64,000 nt of DNA from Squalus acanthias (taxonomy: Eukaryota), in contig CM059425.1 of the NCBI GenBank assembly GCA_030390025.1, forward strand, positions 174,284,001 through 174,348,000, written 5' to 3'. Below the pieces are notes generated by a model. That model saw only the letters and a program-made list of their open reading frames with translations, made no database searches and was not told where the DNA came from. Of the stretch, positions 26,407 to 38,092 are shown one piece after another (position 1 is the first letter of the stretch; the number at the start of each line of letters is the position of its first letter). The position numbers and the translations under genes are program-made.

Positions 26407-27995
26407 TCACGTCATGTATCGTGACATAAACCCAAGATCCCGATTGAGACCGTCTTCATGAGTGCGGAACTTGGCTATCAGTTTCTGCTCGATGATTTTG
26501 CGTTGTCGTGTGTTTCTAAGGTTGCCTTGGAGAACGCTTACCCGCAGATCCGAGGCTGAATGTCCTTGACTGCTGAAGTGTTCCCCGACTGGGAGGTAAC
26601 AATCCTGCCTGGCGATTGTTGCGCGGTGCTCGTTCATACGTTGTCTCAGTGTCTGCATGGTCTCGCCGATGTACCATGCCGCGGTGCATTCTTTCCTGCA
26701 ACGTATGAGGTAGACAACGTTGGCCGAGTCACATGAGTATGTACCATGTACCTGGTGGGTAGTGTCCTCACGTGTGATGGTGGTATCTGTGTTGATGATC
26801 TGGCATGTCTTGCAGAGTTTGCCATGGCAGGGTTGTGTGGTGTCGTGGTCGCTGTTATCCTGAAAGCTGGGTAATTTGCTGCGAACGATGGTACTTCTGA
26901 GGTTAGGCGGCTGTTTGAAGGCAAGTAGTGGAGGCGTGGGGATGGCCTTAGCGAGGTGTTTGTCGTCATCGATGACATGTTGAAGGCTGCGAAGAACATG
27001 GCGTAGTTTCTCCGCTCCGGGGAAGTACTGGACGACGTAGGGTACCCTGTTGGTTGTGTCCCGTGTTTGCCTTCTGAGGAGGTCTATGCGATTTTTCGCT
27101 GTGGCCCGTCGGAACTGTCGATCGATGAGTCGAGCGTCATATCCCGTTCTTACGAGGGCGTTTTTCAGCGTCCGTAGGTGTCCATCGCGTTCCTCCTCGT
27201 CTGAGCAGATCCTGTGTATTCGCAGGGCTTGTCCATAGGGGATGGCTTCTTTAACATGGTTAGGGTGGAAGCTGGAGAAGTGGAGCATCGTGAGGTTGTC
27301 CGTGGGCTTGCGGTAGAGTGAAGTGCTGAGGTGTCCGTCTTTGATGGAGATTCGTGTGTCCAGGAATGAGACTGATTCTGAGGAGTAGTCCATGGTGAGT
27401 TTGATGGTGGGATGGAACATGTTTATGTTATCGTGTAGTCTTTTCAGTGATCCTTCGCCATGGGTCCAAAGGAAGAAAATGTCGTCGATGTATCTGGTAT
27501 ACAGCGTTGGCTGGAGGTCCTGTGCAGCGAAGAAGTCTTGCTCGAACTTGTGCATGAAGATGTTGGCGTATTGGGGTGCGAATTTGGTCCCCATGGCTGT
27601 TCCGTGTGTTTGGGTAAAAAAATGGTTGTCGAAGGTGAAGACATTGTGGTCAAGGATGAAGCGGATGAGTTGTAGGATGGCGTCTGGAGATTGGCTGTTG
27701 TTGATGTTGAGTACTGAGGCTGTTGCAGCGATGCCGTCATCGTGGGGGATACTGGTGTAGAGTGCCGATACGTCCATCGTGGCAAGGAGTGTTCCTGGTT
27801 CAACTGGTCCGTGGGTGCTGAGTTTCTGTAAGAAGTCTGTAGTGTCGCGACAGAAGCTGGGGGTTCCCTGTACGATGGGTTTCAGAATGCCCTCGACGTA
27901 TCCAGAGAGGTTCTCACACAGGGTTCCATTGCCTGATACGATAGGACGTCCGGGTGTGTTGGCTTTGTGTATCTTTGGGAGGCAGTAGAAGTCTC
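26407..27995 (-). CDS. PLE reverse transcriptase + GIY-YIG endonuclease (open but 5'-truncated)
   Basis: LPKIHK..PGRPIVS, MDVSALYTSIP, GTAMG, RYIDD, FLD, Cys linker CHGKLCKTC, NVVYLIRC...WYIGET. The first ~22 residues of the listed ORF come from flanking DNA. Confidence 0.9.
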
Positions 27996-28794
27996 CCAAA
28001 ATATAGGTAATGTACTGGTAATAAATCAGTTTATACTTTGAATATAATGGGTACACTGCCACCTAGTGTTTCCAATCAGCTTGGCAATCAAAATTTGTGC
28101 AAAACTAGCCCTATAGTTTTTACTGTCCATGGTGATCATTTGTGCTTATTGTGCTGAGCAACATAGAATGTCCTATGATATTATCTGCTTTTCAACAATG
28201 AATGATTATGAGATGCCTGGGTTACTATGTATAATCCTCCCTACAAACTGGCACTGGTTCTTAAGCACCTTGCTACAGCCAGACAGAATAGCAATTGCAG
28301 AAGCTTGGTAGCACAAACAGGTATTCAATTAGAGGTGCCTTCATTAAAAGTGAACAGGAGAAAGATTCAAGGCATGACTTTCCTCAAGGAAAATTGATTT
28401 TCTATTCAGTACAAATTTAAAATTCATATGATTGGCTCCAGACCAGAGCCTCCTCTTGTCCTCCATTCGCCAGTAGTTCAGTTACTAGCTACTTGTAGCC
28501 AGGCGGATTTGGAGGGCTCGATCAGCAAGACATAAAAATATTGGAAGCTCCCAGTAGTACAATTTTGTTCAGACTCTTATATCTACCTGTCTGAACTGAC
28601 AGGCTATCTGTATGAACAAGCCATTTCTATAAATTGTAAGCTAACCAATTTAATTACCAGAAGGTCCTCTGTCACTCATGTCAGAAGACTGACAAGTATT
28701 TTTTTCATCAATAAAATGGAATAATTGTCTTCTTACCTTACAGAAGCTGTATGTGTCCCTTCCTATGGTAGGCGACTCTAAAAATGGCCTTTTC

Positions 28795-29000
28795 CAGCAA
28801 AATACTGCATGGATGCTGAAAATCACCTGTAGATCAGGCAACGTCAGTGGAGAAATTACGGTAGGGTTAACATTTCAGGACTTTGTCAGAGCCAGTTTTG
28901 ACAAAGGATCAGAGACTTGAAACGTTAACCCTACCTTCCTTTCTCCACTGATGCTGCCTGACTTGCAGAGTGTTTCCAGCATTTTCTGTTTATATTTAAA
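28795..29000. mobile_element. Head-to-head inverted pair of short hammerhead-bearing PLE-type elements, degenerate
   Basis: Minus copy at about 28795-28890 and plus copy at about 28894-28997, both homologous to 46585-46682. Confidence 0.65.
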
Positions 29001-29081
29001 TACTTTTGTCTCCCCCCACATCTGAAGAGATAATTGCCACACCATGTACAGCTGCACACAATACCGTTTGCATAAGACTTT

Positions 29082-29972
29082 GGGGGAGAAATTCAGTATC
29101 ACCCCATTTGGGGCGCAATTATCGGCTGGGCGCAAAGATTAGCGCCTGGCACTAATTATCGCCACCGACTGCAAACTTGACTTTTATCACCCCTGGAGGT
29201 GATTGGAGCGCTAAATCAGGCGCTTCACACCTGTCTTAAGGCGCAAAGGACGAGGAGCGAGGCGCTACCTCAGAGCGCTGGTGAAGCTCATGTAATGTCA
29301 GTCAGCAATGGAACACACACACAATGGCCCCGGGCCAGTTCTTAAAGGGGATGGTTAATCTTGCTTTCCATCCACATCCTGCTCATTGCAGCCTTGAATC
29401 TCGGCCTGGAGAGACCTGCACATCAAATCTGCTGGAACGAACAATGGAGAGTACCAGGCAAAGAGCTCAGAGTGCAGCTCCCACAGTCTCTTCTAAATCG
29501 ATACAAGGAATGGCAAATCAAAATGAACCTGCAAAGTGCTGCTCAGTACCCAAAACTCCTTCACACAAAGTTGAATCTCTCCAGAAGTCTCTCTCTCTCT
29601 CTCAGAATGCGTAGTTCAAAAATGGCACCAACAATAAAAGGCAGGAAGCGGTCACCTTTAAATAGCGCTCCCCCTTTCCCTTCATGACTGCAGAACGCTC
29701 CCCTCAACCTGTCGTTGCTAGCGTCAGGCAGTAAGGCGGGGGCGCCACTCAATATCCGCTCCGGGGCGATACCGGGGCGTTGCGCACTCGACTGACGTCA
29801 CGATCTGCCGGCGCAGGAGATCGCGGCGGTAGTGTTTAGCGCCGCCGCAAAATGTCTAGTTAATTTCGCGAGCGGCGCAAACTTCGCCGCGCCCGGGCGC
29901 TAGATGCTTTGCGCCCCATTAGCGCCCTCTTAAGGCGCTAACGGGAGGCGCAACCAACTGAATTTTTCCCCC
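29082..29972. mobile_element. Non-autonomous Harbinger-type element, GCGC-rich ends
   Basis: TIR GGGGGAGAAATTCAG...CTGAATTTTTCCCCC; 3-bp TSD TTT. Confidence 0.85.
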
Positions 29973-31269
29973 TTTGTGTTTCTGAGAGGCATTGAATCTC
30001 TGGTTCTGTAACTGCTGTGTGGTTCTAAAACTGTAGGAATTTAAGTAACACTTCCAGACTAAGTAACGTTTCATAATTCAGCTAACACTATCAGTATGTG
30101 ACGGAGCTATCTATGCATACATATATTTTCTGTCTATATAATGATTGAGTTGAATGCTTTTATTTACTGACTCAATTTCTAAGCAAAGAGCACATCATAA
30201 ACAACCTAAATTCCAAAGATTGCAAGAATTTTTCTAACTTGTCTTGACTGCATCTATGTAACATACAAATTTCTCCTTGGAGACCAGATGCGCTCTACTG
30301 ACTGGTCTCATCATAAAACTACTCCACCAGGGAGAATGGAACTCATCATATTACATTCCTAGGTGTTATTTTTAGGAGCCAAGATTCATTCTATAAACCT
30401 GCACAGGCTGGGTTTTTCCTCGTTCTTACTAACCAGCAGGAGTTTAGATTTATGAAAGGAATCTCAGTTTTGAAGCAGCATGCAAAAAATAATTGTTAAC
30501 TACTGTGAAAATTAAATGGGTATGGTATTGTACACCTACAGAAATCAGCTGTAATTTTATCAAAATTAACTGTTATTAAAGATGTCTGTAATTATATATC
30601 TTGCACTTAACCAATGCTTTTAATTATGAAAAATGCATTCATTTTACACTACACTATATTAAATGTTCTTCTTACATTACAGTACTTACAAAATATAGTT
30701 CACTAATTCTGATTTGCAGCAAAATCTTTCCAACTCATTCATATTATTAGGATTGTCAAAAAATGTTGATGTAATTTGGTTCTGATACCATAAAGTTCTT
30801 CCTTTATTTTCAGAGCAGGTGGGGATGGGGATGCTATCTGCAAAGTGTTAAATGCCCACATTAACATGAATTGCTATCATCTCATGTATTCTGTTGAAAA
30901 TGGTGCTGTTTTCTATAGCGCTAACAATTACGTTTATATTTATCAATTGTAATTATGAATTTTAATTTCAAGTTTGGTCTGGAAACCTTATCAAAGGAAA
31001 TTAGTCAATAATAAAACCTTGCTGCAGTTTTCCATTCATTGAGATTTGGAGACAGGCTTACATTACATTCATCTTGATCCAAATCCACCAAGACGGAAAA
31101 GTTCAAGAGTTCAAAGGCTGCATTATTTAGCAAAATTGGTAATTAAACCATTATTGGCTTTGCTCACTATATCTATATTTAATATTTTGTACTCACTGTA
31201 CCATATTCTAGTGCTTTGTCTTTCCATTGTTTAGTAAATAAATAATTTAGTTTCTTTAGCTTGTAAATT

Positions 31270-31695
31270 TTGGCTCCCGGTTAAGCAACACCTCGATTTC
31301 AAAATTCTCATCTTTGCTTTCAAATCCCTCCATGGCCTCGCCCCTCCCCATCTCTGTAATCTCCTCCAGCCCCACAACCCCCTGAGATATCTGCGCTCCT
31401 CTAATTCTGCCCTCTTGAGCATTCCTGATTTTAATCTCTCAACCATTGGTGGCCGTGCCTTCTGTTGCCCAGGCCCTAAGCCCTGGAATTCCCTCCCTAA
31501 ACCTCTCTGCCTCTCTTTTCTCCTTTAAAACGCTCCTTAAAACATACCTCTTTGACCAAGCTTTTGGTCACCTGCCCTAATTTCTCCTTATGTGGCTCGG
31601 TGTCAAATTTTTGTTTTATAATACTCCTATGAAGCACCTTGGGATGTTTTACTATGTTAAAGGAGCTATATAAATACAAGTTGTTGTTGTTGTTG
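31270..31695 (+). mobile_element. L2 LINE 3' end with (TTG)n tail
   Basis: Homologous to 9130-9400 plus 10861-10990. Confidence 0.88.
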
Positions 31696-33058
31696 TAAAA
31701 CTTTGGTCTGCACTTAATGTTCTGCTATTTCTGAAGGAAGTGATATAATGCAAAATTACATTTAATCCAATATGCAGATTACTGCAAATATCGTCATTGT
31801 TAATCTTACCGTTAATGCCACTCTGCAAGAGCAGATTACAGAAAAGGTGTAGCTTCCAGATTATAGAGGACTAGGTTCACTTATGGAAATTGCTGTGAAG
31901 TTGTTGAGAGCGAAACAGTTCTTTAAAATCTGAAATTGTAACAAGAATATGGCCAAAAAATCTTCGTCCCCATCCAGTGCATTCTTGCTGCATCTCCGGC
32001 AGAAGTATGGTGGAAAGGCCAGAAAATAAGCCAGGACCCAGATACGCTGGGTTCCAGGCAGACTTAGGGAATTCTGCAGGGCATTGTAAGCCTCTGTCTG
32101 CCCTTATAGGGCCAGATGAGACAGGGCTGTGCAGTGGCGGCTCCCAATATCATTGTCATTTCATTCCCAGCCTCTCAGTTGACAGTGCAGGATTGGCAAC
32201 TGGTGCGTCAATGAGGGGCACATGTGGGCCCCACCTGGGATCATGACCTTACCCTCTAAAGAAAGGGGACTAATGGGGGCAGGTTAGCTTTTTTTGGGGG
32301 GGTGAACCCAACACCCCACCCCCAGACTGGCGGTGGACGGCTCTCAGAGAAGCCGGGTGCCCAGAATGTGCCCCAGTGGCGTAGGAGCCTACGGGGGACA
32401 TTCAAATTAATTGACTTTTCTGGTGGGGTCAACAGCTGAGGTCATTGATGGGCACAAATTCCAGTGTGAGTACCTGGATTGCTGGGCCACAGGTTTTCTG
32501 GCTCAAATAGTTTGCAACAAATACTTGTATGTATTTGCAGATATTATCCTGATATCAAGTTGCCAGTTGCAATGCTAAACTTAAAATAAACCAATCTTGA
32601 TAGTTGCAAGTAGCTAAGGCAGTGCTAATACCAGTTTATAACAGTCTATTTATAAGATACATTGTAGAGAAAGTAGTGTGCTGTAATTCACCCAGTAATT
32701 CTGCAATTATAAACAGTCAGCATTTGTTGGGAATATAATTTTCACTTCTCGGGCAACAGCTGTTCACATGCAAAGGATCGGTTTCAGGCCCCTATATTAG
32801 ACATTGATACTAAGTACTACCTATTTAATCTGGTGCCAAATCCACACACGTACGATCATGAAAAGGCATGTTTGCAATAGGTAATATAAAAATAGTTGAC
32901 AAAATGATAAGCAATAGATAACACAAGAATAAATGACACTGAATGAAACACCAGTGTTATTTCAGTATATGAGCCGTATGACAACTCAGAAACTAGCTTC
33001 TTGTGCTTTAGCTGCAGCAAAGTTTTGTTTAATATCTGAGTAGTTGAGTGGTACTTAC

Positions 33059-33108
33059 AATTCGTAAGAACTGAATTCTGTTTTCTCCTTCTCCCACTCC
33101 AGCCATGA
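33059..33108 (-). CDS. Putative internal exon (…MAGVGEGENRIQFLRI)
   Basis: Strong acceptor ctcaccctcccacag and donor GTAAGT; phase fits the 45786-45844 exon. All three frames are open, so the frame is not proven. Confidence 0.45.
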
Positions 33109-33224
33109 CTGTGGGAGGGTGAGTGGGGTAGGTGAGAAGGTGAGCACTGAGGTCAGAGCTTGCAGCAAGCTGCTGCGTGTCTCCTGGATTATGACTCTTG
33201 CTATTGCTCACTCACTCACACACA

Positions 33225-33894
33225 TGCCCCGATTTTAAAGGGGGGGGGGGGCGGGCACGGCGAGCGTGAGCCCCAAAGCGGGCAGCGAACCGGGGAGTCC
33301 AGGGACTTGGAGGCACTGCTGATCTTAATGACTGGGCCTCATTACCATAAATTTTCTCGCTGACTCACCCGAACACGGCCAGATCCACTACCTGGCCCGG
33401 CGGGCAGGTGCGGGAATTTGGCGGCAGCTGGCGAACCGTGGGAAGGGTCCCAGCAGTTAGTTGTGGTAAACGGGGCTCTGGACGCAATCGGGGGGTGGTA
33501 CCCGGGGCAAGGGAGGCCCAAGGCTTCTCTGTGAGGCCCAGAGGAGCACTGGCCCACACGGAAACCCAAACTAAAATTTTAAAACTTACCTTGCTGGGCC
33601 TCTTCTGGCAGGTCTGGTCTAACAGGAAAGCCGTCACTGCTCCCCACTAAGGCCTCCAACTAAAATCGCAGATCAGGTCTCAATTAATCGTCAGATCTGA
33701 TCTGCATATTCAAAGAAGAACCCTGCTACCTCTTTGCAGGTGTTCCTCAAAAGAGCAGGTTAACATTGGGACACGGCAGTAAGATAGCAGAGGGATCAGA
33801 GCGGGTAAGTGACTGCCCTTACTTTAACTGCCCCCCCCCCCCCACTCAGATTCCACTGGGTTTAAAAAAGGGGGTGGTGTTTAAAATCGGGGCC
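33225..33894. mobile_element. Harbinger-type MITE, family C
   Basis: TIR (T)GCCCCGATTTTAAA...TTTAAAATCGGGGCC; 3-bp TSD ACA. Confidence 0.82.
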
Positions 33895-34245
33895 ACACTC
33901 TTGCATTCACTTATTGTCACTCTTTCACACTCACTGTCACTCACCCCTTTACTCTTATATACACGTACTCTCACTCATTTATTCTCTCAGTCTCACTCAC
34001 TCAGTCATCATGCATTCACTCATTCTCTCTCTTGCTCAATCTTTTATTCACTTTCCTTTACTCTTTCTTTCACTCTTACTCTCACTCATCGGTAATTCAC
34101 CCCTTTATTCTCATATACACGTACTCTCACTCATTCACTCTCACTAACTCATTCTCTCACTCTCACTCAGCATGCATTCACTCATTCTCTTACACTCTCT
34201 CACTACCTCTCACTCTCTCTCACTCAGTAACTCACCCCTTTTACC
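33895..34245. repeat. (TCAC/CT)n low-complexity tract with internal ~120-bp duplications
   Basis: Repeated CACTCA units; CACCCCTTT...ATATACACGTACTCTCACTCATT occurs twice. Confidence 0.85.
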
Positions 34246-34453
34246 TGAGGGGAGATGGAACTGTATCCTGATCCTAAGGTGAGAGAGGATTGTACCCTGA
34301 TCTCAGGGTGCAGGGGATTGTACTCCTTTTCATTTTCACTCTCTCTGTCCTGATCTCTTTTATCGACTTGATTACACTCCCTCCTTGCCCTTTTGTTCTA
34401 TGGGATCCCAGAGACAGACCCCTACACACATTAGCAGCACAGTATTAGCAGCC

Positions 34454-34605
34454 CTAAAGTAAAAGTCTGTCCCTCGGAGTCAGCACCTAAAGTTTGGCCA
34501 GGACCCAAAGACTGGGGCTTCCGCCCAGGACACACTCCCACTAACCTCTACCGGGTCCTGGACGAACTTCAGTTGCTGACTCCGAGGGACAGCCTTTCAC
34601 TTTAG
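34454..34605. repeat. ~150-bp fold-back element with ~53-bp inverted arms
   Basis: 34454-34506 is the near reverse complement of 34553-34605. Confidence 0.8.
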
Positions 34606-34657
34606 AAAGAGACATCAATTTCTTCTGAGTGGCTGGATTCCATGTGGCTATAAAGGC

Positions 34658-35195
34658 CCACCGTGCAACAATCGCCAGGCAGGAGGGTTGCCTCCCAGTC
34701 GGGGAACACTTCAGCAGTCAGGGGCATTCAGCCTCGGATCTGCGGGTAAGCGTTCTCCAAGGCGGCCTTCGGGATACACGACAGCGCAAAATCATAGAGC
34801 AGAAACTGATAGCCAAGTTCCGCACTCATGAGGATGGCCTCAATCGCGATATCGGGTTCATGTCACGATACAGAACGTGACTTGACATCATGGCCGGTCT
34901 TTCCAGGTTTTTAAAAAAAAAAACTAACACAAGAACCAACACAAATGGAGAGGATATGCAGCCAGCAGGTGTTTTGACACGTTGGACCCCCTGGGACACA
35001 TCTCATTGTCTTGGCTGTGCTCTTAGTGTGTCTTTGATGTAGGGAAAGATTTGAATAAATTTTTTCTGTGTTTATATTGTGAATTCTGGGAGATTCTCTC
35101 ACAGCTACCCTACCTGAAGAAGGAGCGACAGCTCCGAAAGCTTGTAAAATTAAATAAATCTGTTGGACTATAACCTGGTGTTGTGCGACTTCTCA
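34658..35195 (+). mobile_element. Penelope-like element 3' fragment
   Basis: HRATIARQEGCLPVGEHFS...GLNRDIGF; ends AATAAA.CTGTTGGACTATAACCTGGTGTTGTGCGAC. Confidence 0.9.
35111..35146 (+). ncRNA. Minimal type-I hammerhead ribozyme motif
   Basis: TAC-CTGAAGA-A-GGAGC(gaca)GCTCC-GAAA-GC-TT-GTA. Confidence 0.78.
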
Positions 35196-35689
35196 ACTAT
35201 AATAACAGCAAGAGATTTCATTCCCTGAATGTCCAGATAGTGGGGCAGATCTTGACTTTGTGCGATATTGTAAACGGGTAATAGCGACTCGGCAGCCCAT
35301 TTTAAATCGCGAGAGATGTAAAACAGGATGCCGACTCGCTATCACCCATTTTACACTCGCAGATAGGAACAGGAGAAGACTATTCAACCCCTCTAGCCTG
35401 TTCCGCCATTCAATTAGATCATGGCTGATCTGTATCTTAACTCCATTTTTTTTTTACCTTTACAATTTTGCAATTCAAGGGGACAATTCCTGAATCAAGA
35501 GAGTTTTGGAAGATCATGACTAAAACATCTGCAATTTCCTCACCTACTTCATTTAATGCCTTAGGGTGGAACCCATCAGGTCCTGGAAATTTATAAATTT
35601 TCAGTCTCATTATTTTCTCTAATTACCATTTTTTTTAAACTTATACTAAATCTAGTAAGTTCCTCCCCTTGATCAAGACCCAGTGAGTG

Positions 35690-36150
35690 TGGCGAGCCAC
35701 CTCATTGTGCATGTCAATGTATGCTACCCCAGGGAGTAGTCATGACTTGGCAATCCAGGATACCTGCACTGCTCAGTCACAGCAATGTGACAGGGTGGCT
35801 GATAGGTGGGTAGGGGTAAATTTTCAGATTCTATGTACAGAAGCCAAAAATGGGTTCAATGAAGCTTGGGTGCTACCAGGGCCATTGTGGAACAGACCAT
35901 TAGGAATTCTCAAATCCAGGTTCCAGTGCCTGGACAGGTCAGGGGGAGGCCTGCAGTGTAGCTCAGCAAGGATTTCCAGAATTGTAGTGGCTTGCTGGAT
36001 CCTCCATGATTTGGCCATTACTAAGAGATTGGGCCATCCAAGCATGAAGATGAAGACCAATCCTCAGCTCATGATGAAGCCCAGAGAGCAAGGAGGTGGG
36101 CCCAGAAACCCTGCTGTCAGCCCCACATGCCTTCAGGCAGGAGATCATCA
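35690..36150 (+). pseudogene. Decayed Harbinger transposase C-terminal fragment
   Basis: PGSSHD; GILKSRFQCLDRSGGGLQ; IVVACWILHDLA. Confidence 0.8.
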
Positions 36151-37052
36151 CCAACTTGTTTCAATAAAAAGTGTATCTTCTATCTGCATGACACAGTTAA
36201 GCCCTTTATGATCCCTTGCCTTGCTCTCACAACCATTCAGCTAATCTGTAATACCTCTAATATCTTTCTGGAAGAGTTTTAAAGTTTAAAATTTTAATCA
36301 CAATAAAAGAGGTCTAACAGGAGGCCTCCCTGGAAAAAATACACAAACAAACGAATTGTCAGAAATGTACATGTTTGCTACCATTTTGTCCCTTTATTGT
36401 GACCGTCTACCACCTCTTATCACCAGGACTACTATTGTAGCTAATACTCTTTTCATATGTGATCCTAACCTCATACTCCTATGTGTTGCTATCTCAGTGT
36501 CAAGAGGTTGTGAGGTTGGCGACTAGGACTGTACTGATGGTGCCCTCAAGCACTGAGGTAACATTTGTTTCAATTAAGCTGATGCTGTTGAAGGTTGCTT
36601 CTGGGGTCATGTCACTGCGCGTCTAATGCCGACTGGGCCCAGACCAGAAGCTCCCTCTTGTACTGGCTTTGCAGAGGGCTGCATTGATGCTGGCACACTG
36701 ACACTGCCATGAGCAGCATCAACAGCTGCACTCACTCCTTGCAACACATTAGCGCTGGGCACGACCTCAGCTGGGCTAATGGCTTGCGTGAGAGCAGGTC
36801 GAATAGTCCCCATTAATTCCTGAAAGCCCTGAGTTAGAATGCTCTTCAGGCCATCTATGGAAGCCATCATTTCTGTCCTTAGAGCCTCTTTCTGATATCT
36901 TGATCACCTGGACTGCCATAGTCACCAGGGTGTTTCTCATGTCAAGCCTTTGTATTTAAGATGAGGGTTGTGGACTTCTGCAACTTTTCCACCACAAGAG
37001 GAGACTGTCTCTATTTCCTGCACATGAGATCTACACACCCGAATCATAGATT

Positions 37053-37806
37053 GGGCCAGAAATTTGGGTCGGAGGCTTCCCGCAGGTGCAAGTCCCCAAC
37101 CTGCACTTACCTAGCGCGCCTGCCGTTGTGCTCTGGGCCCGCGTGGAATTCTGATCCTGGGCCTCCTCCAGCTGCCGGTGCACAGTGCTTGCGTATCCCA
37201 GGGGCGCAGTTAGTTCGAAGCATCCCCTGGGATCACGTGGGCCATGGAGAGCCAATCGGAGCAGGGAATCTCCATTCATAGATTTGACAGGAAGACCTGT
37301 CAAATCTATGAATAGAGATCGGCCCCAAAACCTCACTAAAACTTCAAATAATTTTTTTTTTTTAAACACATTTTTAAAATAACTATAAATTACATAAAAT
37401 AACTTTTAAACAATAGTTTAAATTTTTGAAAAAATTAATTACAGTTTTTAACGGGGCTAAAAATAAACTTACCTTTCTTTAAAGTATTTAAAAATAACAA
37501 ACCTGTGGAAAAAATGTTTTAATTTTAGTTAATTCACCACTTACCTTGTTAAAAGCAGGCCTTGCGCCTTCTTTTTCCCTGCATAGCTGCCAGGGACTTA
37601 CCCTCACTCCAAAACCTGTAAAAAAAAAAACGGAAGTTCGCTGCGTGCGCGCTGCCTCTCCGGCGCATGCGGTTGACCCTCGAACCCCTTCTTTCACGAG
37701 ACCGGAAGTTCCGGTTTCCCATGCATGCGTGAAACCGGCACTTCCGGTGGCCCTACGGGTGAGTACACAGCGCGTACTCACCCGTGGGGACCTGAATTTC
37801 TGCCCC
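37053..37806. mobile_element. Harbinger-type MITE, family A
   Basis: TIR GGGCCAGAAATT...AATTTCTGCCCC; TSD ATT; near-identical to 2361-3113. Confidence 0.92.
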
Positions 37807-38092
37807 ATTGTTTATAGACTGAGCCCAAGATCTTAGTCCTTGGGCTCCTCAGCCAAGGGCATCTGTTTCTGTCCCTTCCAGGGATAGATGCCTGTTTCAT
37901 CATTCCCTCCCAGCTCCTCCTGCTCGCTGGTGCTCTGTGATTCACTTAGTGATATCCCCTCTGTCTCAGTAATGTCCTTGTCCAGAGTGGGTGTATCTGG
38001 GCCAGTGCTTCAGTAATTAAGGTGCCATAATGGAGTGAGTGAATCAGGTGCAGGAAACATCTCTCTGGAGGATTCTCATCAGATGCTTCTTT

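Larger units (their letters stand above)
25983..27996 (-). mobile_element. 5'-truncated Penelope-like retroelement (Neptune-like)
   Basis: Contains the RT + GIY-YIG frame and a 3' UTR with hammerhead motif and AATAAA. Confidence 0.95.

Noticed and set aside
30275..30370. Two hairpins with an ANANNA spacer resembling an H/ACA snoRNA
   Set aside because: No properly placed ACA box, and the second stem is weak.
11824..30837. Idea that the joined minus-strand ORF is an IL-7/TSLP-like cytokine or an EF-hand protein
   Set aside because: No signal peptide and only superficial motif resemblance; cannot be supported without a search.
31950..32500. GC-rich segment possibly an old MITE
   Set aside because: TIRs and TSD are too degenerate to define.
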